A stretch of 64,000 nucleotides of DNA from Alphaproteobacteria bacterium (lineage in GTDB: Bacteria; Pseudomonadota; Alphaproteobacteria; UBA828), in contig CBDCQT010000011.1 of assembly GCA_965220745.1 (NCBI GenBank), forward strand, positions 192,001 through 256,000. The letters are read 5' to 3'. The notes beneath the pieces were generated by a model. It ran no database searches. It had not been told where the DNA came from and was given only the letters and a program-made list of their open reading frames with translations. This document shows, piece after piece, positions 1 to 9,248 of this stretch. Every line of letters begins with the position of its first letter. Positions within the stretch are counted from its first letter, which is position 1. Both the position numbers and the translations under genes were made by a program.

Positions 1-242
1 ATGGTGCCGCGCCCGGTGACGACGCCATCGCCTGGCACCCGTTGCTCGGCCATGCCGAAGTCCGAGGAGCGGTGCTCGACGAACATGTCGTATTCCTCGA
101 ACGAGCCGTCGTCGAGCAACAACTCCAGACGTTCGCGGGCGGTGAGCTTGCCCTTGGCGTGCTGCCGCTCGATCCGCGCCTCGCCGCCACCCAACCGGGC
201 GCGGGCGCGGCGCTCCTCAAGCGTGCGCAGGATGTCGTCCAT
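1..242 (-). CDS. pccB: Propionyl-CoA (acyl-CoA) carboxylase beta subunit, 5' part; runs off the window start
   Basis: Not in the ORF track. Manual translation from ATG at 242 gives [64 protein letters not shown]...[10 protein letters not shown], a classic carboxyltransferase N-terminus. GGGAGG RBS upstream. Confidence 0.9.
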   Translation of the reverse strand, partial: MDDILRTLEERRARARLGGGEARIERQHAKGKLTARERLELLLDDGSFEEYDMFVEHRSSDFGMAEQRVPGDGVVTGRGT

Positions 243-352
243 CGCCTCCCTTCTCGGTGCCGCGCGGAATTATGCGTCCGCGTCAGCCTCTGCCTCTTAG
301 CACGAAACGGCCCGACCCGGCGACCGGACGGTGCGAGCGGACGCCGAACCGG

Positions 353-1555
353 TCAGTTGCGCACGATGTTGTGCGCCGGTCCGTAGGGGAATCCGGTGAT
401 GTCCTCGGCACCGTCCTCGGTCACCACTAGGATGTCGTGCTCGCGGTAGCCGCCGGCGCCGGGCTCGCCCTCCGGAATCATGATCATCGGCTCCATGGAC
501 ACCACCATGTTGGGCTCCAGAACGGTCGGCACGTCCTCGCGCAGCTCCAGGCCAGCCTCGCGACCGTAATAGTGGCAGAGCACGCCGAAGCTGTGGCCAT
601 AGCCGAATGTGCGGTTCGGGAGCAGGCCATGGCGCTCATAGATCGTGTTGAGCGCGGCGGCGATATCGCAGCAGCGCGCGCCGGGCTTGATCAGCGCAAT
701 TCCCGCCTCGTGCACCTCGACGTTGATGTTCCAGAGCCGCAGGTGCGCGTCCGAGCACTCTTCGGCGAAGAGCGTCCGCTCCAGCGCCGTATAGTAGCCC
801 GCCGGCATGGGGAAGCAGTTGAGGCTTAGGATGTCGCCGCGCTCGATCCGGCGCGATGTCACTGGGTTGTGGGCGCCGTCAGTGTTGATGCCGGACTGGA
901 ACCAGGTCCAGGTGTCCATCAGCTCCACGTGGGGCTGGCGTTGGCCGATCTCGCGCACCATGGCCTGGGTCGCGTGGAGCGCCACCTCGTATTCGGGCAC
1001 GCCGACGGCGATCGCCTCCACGCAGGCGGCGCCGCCGATGTCGGCGATGCGCGCGCTCTCGCGAATCCAGGCAATCTCCTCGTCGGACTTCACCATGCGC
1101 ATGCGCATGGTGGGCTTGCTCACGTCGATCAGCTCCGCTGTGGGCAGGGCACCTTGCAGCTTGCGCAGGTTCTCGACGCTGATGTGATCGAACTCAATGC
1201 CGACGCGCCAGCCATCCTGAATCAGCTGCTTAACTGCGACGAAGTAGTTATCCCGGTGCCAGTCGGTATAGACCAGATTGTCGCCGAAGGTGCGCCGCCA
1301 GGGCTGCCCGGCGTCGATGTTGGCCGAGATCGTGGTCTGGGTCTCCTGCGTGACCACCAGGCCGTAGTTTCGGCCGAAGGAGCAGTAGAGGAAGTCGCTG
1401 AAGTAGTTGATGTTGTGATACGAGGTGAACAGGCAGGCGTCGATCTGCTTTTCTGCCATATGAGCGCGCAAGGCCGAGAGCCGGCGATTCATCTCGTTTG
1501 GCGAGAATGTCGGCCTGACCTTCTCGCCGTTTTGGATCCTTTTCAGTTGCTCCAT
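353..1555 (-). CDS. Creatinase (creatine amidinohydrolase, M24 fold)
   Basis: Motifs NGEKVRPTFS, FTSYHNINYFSDFLYCSFGR, TWTWFQSGINTDGAHN and HYYGREAGLELRED are typical of creatinases. ATG 1555 follows GAGG; alternative GTG at 1564. Confidence 0.92.
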   Translation of the reverse strand: MEQLKRIQNGEKVRPTFSPNEMNRRLSALRAHMAEKQIDACLFTSYHNINYFSDFLYCSFGRNYGLVVTQETQTTISANIDAGQPWRRTFGDNLVYTDWHRDNYFVAVKQLIQDGWRVGIEFDHISVENLRKLQGALPTAELIDVSKPTMRMRMVKSDEEIAWIRESARIADIGGAACVEAIAVGVPEYEVALHATQAMVREIGQRQPHVELMDTWTWFQSGINTDGAHNPVTSRRIERGDILSLNCFPMPAGYYTALERTLFAEECSDAHLRLWNINVEVHEAGIALIKPGARCCDIAAALNTIYERHGLLPNRTFGYGHSFGVLCHYYGREAGLELREDVPTVLEPNMVVSMEPMIMIPEGEPGAGGYREHDILVVTEDGAEDITGFPYGPAHNIVRN

Positions 1556-1902
1556 CGTCCTCACCTTGAACGTTGATAATGATCGTGCTGCCAGGCACGC
1601 GACACCGTCAATGTTGCAGCACGCGCTGCTGCACGCAGACCGTAATTCTCAATACGGGCGCAGGTTGCGCAAGGCTAGGCTGTGCCATCGTCGAGCCGTG
1701 ACTTGCGCGTCGGTGTGTGTCTGCGCGTGCCCGCGCAGATGGCGCCAACCGCCTAGTATACGAGGCCAAAGCCACACCGCCATTCTTCGCCGGAATACGA
1801 TTTTTTCCTGAGAATTGGTCAATCCAATTAGAGACTTTTGCCAACAGAGATGATATGGTCGCGAGACACGGCCCGTAACTTACAACCACAGAAGGCAAGT
1901 CG

Positions 1903-2184
1903 ATGGCTCAGAACTCTTCCTCCCGGATTGACGAGAGCGCCCTGACCAAGGGACAGCGCCGCAAACTCAATGCGCTCAGAAAATCCGTCGGCGACGAGGT
2001 CGGGGAGCGCGCGTTTGCCGAATGGCTCGCGACACGACCGGTGGCAAAGTCCGACGAGAATGCGACGTTGATCGTCGATACGCTTTGGCCGCTCGTCCAA
2101 CAGGGTAAGTTGGCAATCCCGAGGGGCGGCTATTTGCTCAGGCGGGGTCGCGGCCGGATCATCGTGGAACCGGCCAAGCAGTAA
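1903..2184 (+). CDS. Small basic hypothetical protein (93 aa)
   Basis: ATG with GAAGG upstream, protein-like composition, followed by a hairpin. No family recognised. Confidence 0.7.
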   Translation: MAQNSSSRIDESALTKGQRRKLNALRKSVGDEVGERAFAEWLATRPVAKSDENATLIVDTLWPLVQQGKLAIPRGGYLLRRGRGRIIVEPAKQ

Positions 2185-2216
2185 CTCGTCTGCACAATAG
2201 TCAGTCTACGTAATAT

Positions 2217-2247
2217 GGAGCGGTCCCGGATCACATGGGACCGTTCC
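2217..2247 (+). terminator. Hairpin downstream of the 93-aa ORF (possible terminator)
   Basis: GGAGCGGTCCC ... GGGACCGTTCC forms an 11-bp stem with one G-U pair. No clear U-tract. Confidence 0.35.
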
Positions 2248-3085
2248 TGACCTCCTGAAATTGGCGTGCGCCGTGCGATAGCGCCGAGTGCCGATTGGCC
2301 CGGAATGCTCACCATTGTCGCGGCCCGTATCGCACAGATCGTAAAATTGGTGAGAATTCCGGGCTAACCCTCTGCCCTAATCTTGCAGACGAGCAGTCGC
2401 GCGTCCTTCTCCGAACGTCCAAATGGAATTTGATACAGCGGATGCGTAAGCAAGAAATTGATCGCGGCGTAACAGGATTACCGGTCCTGCGATACCTATA
2501 GCGGAAGTGCCATTACCGCCCGGTGAGTCAGGCTGGTGGCGAGCGCAGGCGGCACGTTCGATACTTCGTGATAAGAGAAATCCACGCCAAAGATGTTGCC
2601 GATGGATTCGCTCAATTGACAGGGTTCGGGTATTGCCACTTGACTGATCACGAAAAATACAGCGGGAACCTCAGGGTATGTCACCGCCCGGCGACAGGTC
2701 AGTTACCCTAGTAGCCGCCTCAACTATTTGAACTACTTCCCAAGAACAACGTCACGATGGAGAGCTGTCTCGCAATAGGCCGAACATTGTGGGAGGACCA
2801 CTACGATATAGATTGCGACATGGGATAAGCGACTTATCGCTCGACAATCTGGTCGCATCCCTGTTTATGCGGGCATCGTGCTCGTCGTTGAGCCGAAATG
2901 GGCGCCCTTTCGGTGCTGGCCTGTGGCGCCTCGGGAGCCAACAGGGCTTCAAGAGGAGGTAAAAGCAGTCACGAACGCCGCAGCGCTGTTGGTGCACTAC
3001 CTGGGGGCCGCGCTATTCTCTCGCTTACTCGACGGGGCCGCGAGACGCGCGTCAACAGGGAGACCGCGGCCGCAAGGAGACAACG

Positions 3086-4351
3086 ATGCTCTCGATTCAG
3101 AAGGCGATACGGTCCGTCGTCGTGGGCGCGATGCTCGCGCGGGAACGCTGGCAGAGCGGCGTCACGTACAACCCGCTGTCGAGGCAGACCGCGCAAGACC
3201 CCTATCCGGTCTATGCGGCGCTGCGCGACCGCGATCCGGTGCATCGCAGCGCGCTGATGAACGCCTGGATGTTCACCCGGCACGCAGATATCGACACGAT
3301 CCTTCGTGACCATCGGCGCTTCAGCAACGACCCGCGCAAAGGCTCTCTCTCTAACCGGCAACGCGCTGGTCTACCAGCGGACGAGGAGTTCACAATGCTG
3401 TTCCTCGACCCGCCGGACCACAAGCGGCTCAGGGCGCTGGTCAACAAGGCCTTCACGCCCAAGGCGGTGAACGCGCTCGAACCTCACATCCGCAGCCTGC
3501 TCGGCTCTCTACTGGACGAGATCGATGACTCCGCCGGCTTCGACCTCATGCAGGCGGTGGCCCAACCGCTGCCCGTGATCGTGATCGCCGAGATGCTCGG
3601 CGTGCCGCCGGAGGACCGGGCGCAGTTCAAAATCTGGTCGGACCAGCGTGCACGCACCCTGGAGCCGTCGATCGATGCGCGAGAGCGCGCGCTCGCCGAT
3701 GCGGCCAACAAGTCGCTCAACGACTACTTCCGGCCGATTATCGAGGAGCGGCGCGCAGATCCCAAGGACGACATCGTGAGCGCGCTCGCGCAGGCGGAAG
3801 AGGAAGGCGACCGCCTCACCGAGCTTGAGATGCTGAACATGCTGCGCCTGCTGCTGATTGCGGGCAACGAGACCACCACCAACCTGATCGGCAACGGCGT
3901 GCTGGCGCTGCTGCGCAATCCTGATCAGATGCAGCGGCTCAGGGATGACCCGAGCTTGATTCCGTCGGCGGTGGATGAGCTGCTGCGCTTCGATTCTCCG
4001 GTGCAGACGGATTTCCGACGCGCGCTCGAGGACTGTGAAGTAAACGGCTTCCCCTTGAAAAAGCGCGACAACATCGTCCTGCTGCTCGGCGCGGCCAACC
4101 GGGACCCCGACGTGTTCGACGATCCCGACCGGCTCGATGTCGGCCGTGGAGACCGCTCACACCTGTCGTTCGGGCGCGGCATCCACCACTGCATCGGCGC
4201 CCCGCTCGCACGCCTGGAAGGGCGGGTTGTCCTCGAGATGCTGCTGGAACGCTTTTCTCAGATCAGCCTGGGCGGCGAGCAGCCACGGTTCCGCAACAGC
4301 ATCGTGCTGCGCGGCCTGGAATCCCTGCCTGTCCGCTGCGTCAAGGCTTGA
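3086..4351 (+). CDS. Cytochrome P450
   Basis: LFLDPPDHKRLR, AGNETT (I-helix), ELLR (ExxR) and heme motif FGRGIHHCIG. AAGGAG RBS. Confidence 0.95.
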   Translation: MLSIQKAIRSVVVGAMLARERWQSGVTYNPLSRQTAQDPYPVYAALRDRDPVHRSALMNAWMFTRHADIDTILRDHRRFSNDPRKGSLSNRQRAGLPADEEFTMLFLDPPDHKRLRALVNKAFTPKAVNALEPHIRSLLGSLLDEIDDSAGFDLMQAVAQPLPVIVIAEMLGVPPEDRAQFKIWSDQRARTLEPSIDARERALADAANKSLNDYFRPIIEERRADPKDDIVSALAQAEEEGDRLTELEMLNMLRLLLIAGNETTTNLIGNGVLALLRNPDQMQRLRDDPSLIPSAVDELLRFDSPVQTDFRRALEDCEVNGFPLKKRDNIVLLLGAANRDPDVFDDPDRLDVGRGDRSHLSFGRGIHHCIGAPLARLEGRVVLEMLLERFSQISLGGEQPRFRNSIVLRGLESLPVRCVKA

Positions 4352-4421
4352 GACAAGATTACGATACGTGACGCCGGAGTTCGGCTAACTCCGAACCGCG
4401 GCAAATCGAAAGGACAATACC

Positions 4422-5120
4422 ATGCTCGACACACCGCCGGCGCTGACCATCCGTCGCACCTTTCAGCGACCGCCCCGCGATACCATCGCCAAGCTAGAAG
4501 GCGCGCTGACCGGCCAGGTAGCCGACGCCCTTGGCGGGCTCGGCGCGCTGGACGCGTCGATCAAGCCGATTGTGGGCGCGCCGCCTTCCATGCAGGCCTT
4601 TGTGGGCCCGGCCTTCCCCTGCATGAACAGCCCGGCGGACCAGCTCGCCCTGGTCGGCGCACTTGCCTATGCAGAGTCCGGCGACGTGCTCGTGGTGGGC
4701 ACCGAGGGTTATCTCGGCACCGCCGTGATCGGCGACCTGATGGCGGGCATGCTGCTCAATAGCGGCGCCGCTGCGCTGGTCACCGACGGCGCGGTGCGAG
4801 ATACGCCGGGCATCATCGGGGTGGGCCTGCCAGTCTATTGCGCGGGCGTCAGTCCCAACTCGCCGCAACGGAACGGCCCCGGCACGGTGGGCCTCGCCAT
4901 CAGCATCGGCGGGGTCACCGTGAATCCGGGCGACGTCGTGGTGGGTGACGGGGATGGGGTCGTCGTCGTGCCCCAGGATGCGCTCGACGCCGTCATCGGC
5001 GGAGTCGAAGAAATCCGACGCCAGGAGACCGAAGTGGAGGCCAAGGTCAAAGAGGGCCTAACCTATCCCGACTCCTGGCGCGCCTACCTGGAGCCGGGGG
5101 CCGCGCACTTTGTCGACTGA
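4422..5120 (+). CDS. RraA family / HMG aldolase-like protein
   Basis: GDLMAG, VTDGAVRD and PGDVVVGDGDGVVVVP motifs. Confidence 0.85.
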   Translation: MLDTPPALTIRRTFQRPPRDTIAKLEGALTGQVADALGGLGALDASIKPIVGAPPSMQAFVGPAFPCMNSPADQLALVGALAYAESGDVLVVGTEGYLGTAVIGDLMAGMLLNSGAAALVTDGAVRDTPGIIGVGLPVYCAGVSPNSPQRNGPGTVGLAISIGGVTVNPGDVVVGDGDGVVVVPQDALDAVIGGVEEIRRQETEVEAKVKEGLTYPDSWRAYLEPGAAHFVD

Positions 5121-5841
5121 TCCAGGCGCCGTCCGGGAACGGGCGGCGATCCTCAGGCGTGAGACGAAGGTTCTGATCTTCGACCTCTACGGCACGGTCG
5201 TCGACATGCAGGCGGGGCTGACCGAGGCCGCAACCCCCTACCTCAAGGAGAAGGGCTGGGACGGCGCGCCGCACCGCTTCGTCACCTGGTGGCGACGCAC
5301 CCATTTCGAGAATTCGATGATCGACTCTCTCTGCGATCGGGGCCACACCTCCTATCGCGAGATCAGCCACCGCGCGCTCTCATACGTGATGGATCGCTGT
5401 GGCTTTCCCTACACGCAGGAGGAGGTTGTCCAACTGGTGAGCCAGATCGAGACGCTCAAGCCCTTTCCCGAAGTGCCGGCCGCGCTGGAGAGGCTCAGGG
5501 CAGCCGGCTACATGCTCGCCATCCTTTCCAACGGCGATCGGGACATGCTGAAGGCCGCGATGTCGCACGTCGGCATCCCGTTTGACCACGTGATCTCGGT
5601 GCAGGAGGCAGGCGCCTTCAAGCCCCATTGGCGGACCTACGCCAAGGCCGCGGAGATCATGGGCGCCGACCGCACGGCCTGCGCGCTCGTCGCCAACCAC
5701 GCCTTCGATTGCATCGGCGCCAAGGCCTACGGCATGCGCACGGTCTTCATCGACCGTCGCAGCCGGCCCTTCGGCGAGACCCCGCACAGCCCTGACCTCA
5801 TCGTCGAGAACGTCACGGCCCTCGCGGCGGCGCTCGCCTGA
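5110..5841 (+). CDS. Haloacid dehalogenase, type II (HAD)
   Basis: FDLYGTVVD, ILSNG, FKPH and ANHAFDCIGA motifs. Overlaps the previous gene. Confidence 0.88.
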   Translation: MSTDPGAVRERAAILRRETKVLIFDLYGTVVDMQAGLTEAATPYLKEKGWDGAPHRFVTWWRRTHFENSMIDSLCDRGHTSYREISHRALSYVMDRCGFPYTQEEVVQLVSQIETLKPFPEVPAALERLRAAGYMLAILSNGDRDMLKAAMSHVGIPFDHVISVQEAGAFKPHWRTYAKAAEIMGADRTACALVANHAFDCIGAKAYGMRTVFIDRRSRPFGETPHSPDLIVENVTALAAALA

Positions 5842-5867
5842 CGCGTCGGACCCGAAGCGGCGGCGGA

Positions 5868-7478
5868 ATGCAGGCGGACTACATCGTCATCGGCTCGGGC
5901 TCTAGCGGAGCGGCGGTTGCAGCCCGCCTCGCGGAGGACCCGCGCAACCGCGTGCTACTCCTAGAAGCAGGGCCGAAGGACACCAACCCGTTCATCCACA
6001 TACCCGCCGGCTTCACCCGCCTGCTTACCCACCCGACGCTCAACTGGCGGCGGCAGTCCGAGCCGGTGCCCGGCCTCGGCGGCCGTCGTATGCCCTTCCC
6101 CTCTGGCAAGGTGCTCGGCGGCTCCAGCGCGATCAACGGCATGCTCTACATCCGCGGCCAGGCCGAGGATTATGACGCCTGGCGCGACGCCGGCAACGCA
6201 GGCTGGGGCTGGGAGGATGTGCTGCCCTACTTCCGCAAGGCCGAAGACCAGCAGCACGGGGAGAGCGAGAGCCACGGTGTCGGCGGCCCCATCGGGGTGA
6301 GCGACACGCAGCCGAGCAGTCCAGCCTCCCGGCTCTTTCTCGACGCCGCGGTGCGGAGCGGCATTCCACGCCTCGACGACCTCAACACCGGCGATCAGCA
6401 CGGCGTCGCGCTGGTCCAAGGCACGATCAGGAACGGCCGTCGCATGACCACCGCCGTGGGCTACCTGCGGCCGGCTGCTGCGCGCGAGAACCTGCGCGTC
6501 GTGACCGAGGCGCTGGTGGACCGCATCGTCGTCGAAGACGGCATCGCCACCGGCATCATTTATACCGACAAGTCTGGCGCCACCGTCACCGCGCGCGCGG
6601 AGCGCGAGGTCGTGCTCAGTGCAGGCGCCGTGGCCTCGCCCCAGATCCTGCTGCAATCGGGGATCGGCGATGCGGACCAGCTCAAGGCGCTCGGCATCGC
6701 GCCGGTCCACCACCTGCCGGGTGTGGGCGAGAATCTCCACGACCACCTGTTCGTCTTCGTGCAACCCCGGTTGAAGAAGGGGGTGCCGACCCTCAACCGG
6801 CTACTGCGCAGCCGCCCGCGGCTCGCGGCAGAGGTGCTGCGTTACGGCCTCTTTCGTACCGGCGCACTGTCGCTCACCTCTTGCGAGGTCTGCGGCTTTC
6901 TCGATTCCACGGAACGCGGCGGCCGGCCGGATATCGAGATCACCTTCCGCCCGCTCAGCTTCGACCTGTTGCCGGACGGCGGGTGGCGTCCGCACCCCTA
7001 CCCTGGCGGCACGAGCTCGGTCTGTGCCACCCGGCCCAAGAGCCGTGGCCGGGTGACGCTGGTGCAGGACGGCAACGGCGCGCGCCGGGTGACGATCCAG
7101 CCCAACTACCTCGCGCACGATGAGGACGTGATGAGCCTCGTGCGCGGCCTGCGCATCCTACGGCGCATCCTGGGGACCGAGCCTATCGCCTCTTGCGTCG
7201 TCTCCGAGCAGCGGCCGGGCCCGGATGTCGAGAGCGACGAGGCGCTGAGCCAATACGTGCGCGAAACAGCGAGCACGGTCTATCACCCGGTCGGCACCTG
7301 CAAGATGGGCAGCGATGGAATGAGCGTCGTCGACGAGCGCCTTCGGGTCCACGGCATCGCGGGTCTACGTGTTGCCGACGCCTCGATCATGCCAGCTATC
7401 CCTTCCGGCAACACCAACGCGCCCACCATCATGATCGGCGAGAAGGCGGCCGACATGATCCGCCGCTACCACAATTAG
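5868..7478 (+). CDS. GMC family oxidoreductase (choline dehydrogenase-like)
   Basis: GSGSSG FAD motif, GKVLGGSSAING, GVGENLHDH, YHPVGTCKMG and GNTNAPTIMIGEK. Confidence 0.92.
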   Translation: MQADYIVIGSGSSGAAVAARLAEDPRNRVLLLEAGPKDTNPFIHIPAGFTRLLTHPTLNWRRQSEPVPGLGGRRMPFPSGKVLGGSSAINGMLYIRGQAEDYDAWRDAGNAGWGWEDVLPYFRKAEDQQHGESESHGVGGPIGVSDTQPSSPASRLFLDAAVRSGIPRLDDLNTGDQHGVALVQGTIRNGRRMTTAVGYLRPAAARENLRVVTEALVDRIVVEDGIATGIIYTDKSGATVTARAEREVVLSAGAVASPQILLQSGIGDADQLKALGIAPVHHLPGVGENLHDHLFVFVQPRLKKGVPTLNRLLRSRPRLAAEVLRYGLFRTGALSLTSCEVCGFLDSTERGGRPDIEITFRPLSFDLLPDGGWRPHPYPGGTSSVCATRPKSRGRVTLVQDGNGARRVTIQPNYLAHDEDVMSLVRGLRILRRILGTEPIASCVVSEQRPGPDVESDEALSQYVRETASTVYHPVGTCKMGSDGMSVVDERLRVHGIAGLRVADASIMPAIPSGNTNAPTIMIGEKAADMIRRYHN

Positions 7479-7573
7479 AGCAGCCGACCGGCCCTCCGTT
7501 CGGCAAGATTTGTCACAGATTTGTCTCCGCTGGCCGCCTTGCTCCGTTCTGGGCGGAGCGGCATAGTGCGCTC

Positions 7574-8155
7574 ATGGAATGGCGCCATGCAGCAGAAAGG
7601 GGAACGCACCCGGAGGCGGAAGAGCCGCCGGTCCGCGTGTGCGAGCATCCTGACTGCGACCGTAACGCCGACCACCGCGCCCCGCGGGCGCCCCACGATC
7701 TCCGCTCCTGGCGCTGGTTCTGCCTCGACCACGTGCGCGACTACAACCGCTCGTGGAACTTCTTTGCGGGCTGGAGCCAGCACGACATCGAGCGCTTTCA
7801 GCACGACGACGTGACCGGACACCGCCCCACCTGGCCGTTCTGCCAGGGCCCGGGCGGGCAGCGCCGGGAAGACCTGGAGGCGGCGTTCCACGCCTTCTCG
7901 CGCGAATGGCTGAACGGCGAGGAAGCCCCAAACGGAAAAAGGCGGACTGGCACCGAAACGATCTCCGAGGCCAGGCTCGAAGCGCTCGCCCTCTTCGACC
8001 TCGCGCCGCCCTTCGACCTCGATGCGCTCAAGCGGCGCTACAAGTCCCTGGTCAAGCGGCACCATCCCGATGCCAACGGGGGCTCTCGCGAATCCGAGGA
8101 GCTTTTGAAACACATCAATCACGCCTATAACTACCTGAAGAAGGAGTGCTCATAG
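7574..8155 (+). CDS. J-domain protein (alphaproteobacterial type found upstream of cobS)
   Basis: N-terminal CxxxxC...WFCLDHVRDYNRSWNFF and C-terminal J domain with HPD. Start reassigned within ORF 7193..8155. Confidence 0.88.
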   Translation: MEWRHAAERGTHPEAEEPPVRVCEHPDCDRNADHRAPRAPHDLRSWRWFCLDHVRDYNRSWNFFAGWSQHDIERFQHDDVTGHRPTWPFCQGPGGQRREDLEAAFHAFSREWLNGEEAPNGKRRTGTETISEARLEALALFDLAPPFDLDALKRRYKSLVKRHHPDANGGSRESEELLKHINHAYNYLKKECS

Positions 8156-8231
8156 ACGAAGGCGTTGTCGATCGGATTGGCGCAGGAGTGGCCGCCGATG
8201 GCGGCCTTATTCGTGCGGAGGGAAGCGCGCA

Positions 8232-9233
8232 ATGCAAACTAGTGAGGTGGGGACGGCTGTCACCAATGACGGAGTGCCGGATATCCAGGTTTCCGTCAGC
8301 CAGACTTTCGGCATCGATACCGACATGGAAGTGCCGGCGTTTTCGGAGCCCACGGACCATGTGCCGGATATCGACACCGCGTATCACTTCGACCGCGACA
8401 CCACGCTGACCATTCTTGCAGGCTTCGCGCACAACCGCCGGGTGATGATCCAGGGCTATCACGGCACCGGAAAATCCACCCACATCGAGCAAGTGGCGGC
8501 GCGCCTCAATTGGCCCTGCATCCGCATCAACCTCGACAGCCACATCAGCCGCATCGACCTGATCGGCAAAGACGCTATCGTGATTCGCGACGGGGTACAG
8601 GTGACCGAGTTTCGCGAAGGCCTGCTGCCCTGGGCGCTGCAACACCCGACGGCACTGGTCTTCGACGAGTACGATGCCGGCCGGCCGGATGTGATGTTCG
8701 TGATCCAGCGCATCCTCGAGGTCGACGGCAAACTCACTCTGCTCGACCAAAACCGGGTGGTGCGGCCGCATCCCGCCTTCCGCATCTTCTCCACCACCAA
8801 CACCGTCGGCCTCGGCGATACGACGGGCCTCTATCACGGCACGCAGCAGATCAACCAGGGCCAGATGGACCGCTGGAACCTGGTCGCGACGCTGAACTAC
8901 CTCCCCCACGACGACGAAGTGAAGATCGTGCTGTCAAAGGTGCCTTCCTACGAGAAGGAGGAGAAGCTCAAGCTGATCCACGCGATGGTCGAGGTGGCGG
9001 CGCTTTCCCGCTCGGGCTTCATGGCTGGCGACGTCTCCACCGTCATGTCGCCGCGCACGGTCATCCACTGGGCCGAGAACGCCGAGATCTTCGGCGACGT
9101 GGGCTACGCCTTCCGCACGACCTTCGTGAACAAGTGCGACGAGATGGAGCGGCCGATCATCGCCGAGTACTTCCAGCGCTGCCTCGGCATGGAGCTTCCG
9201 GAGTCGTCGGCGCCGCTGCAGCCGACCGCTTGA
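8232..9233 (+). CDS. cobS: Cobaltochelatase subunit CobS (AAA+)
   Basis: GYHGTGKST Walker A, RINLDSHISRIDLIGKDAI, FDEYDAGRPDVMFVIQR. Confidence 0.95.
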   Translation: MQTSEVGTAVTNDGVPDIQVSVSQTFGIDTDMEVPAFSEPTDHVPDIDTAYHFDRDTTLTILAGFAHNRRVMIQGYHGTGKSTHIEQVAARLNWPCIRINLDSHISRIDLIGKDAIVIRDGVQVTEFREGLLPWALQHPTALVFDEYDAGRPDVMFVIQRILEVDGKLTLLDQNRVVRPHPAFRIFSTTNTVGLGDTTGLYHGTQQINQGQMDRWNLVATLNYLPHDDEVKIVLSKVPSYEKEEKLKLIHAMVEVAALSRSGFMAGDVSTVMSPRTVIHWAENAEIFGDVGYAFRTTFVNKCDEMERPIIAEYFQRCLGMELPESSAPLQPTA

Positions 9234-9248
9234 GCCGGAGCACGCCGC

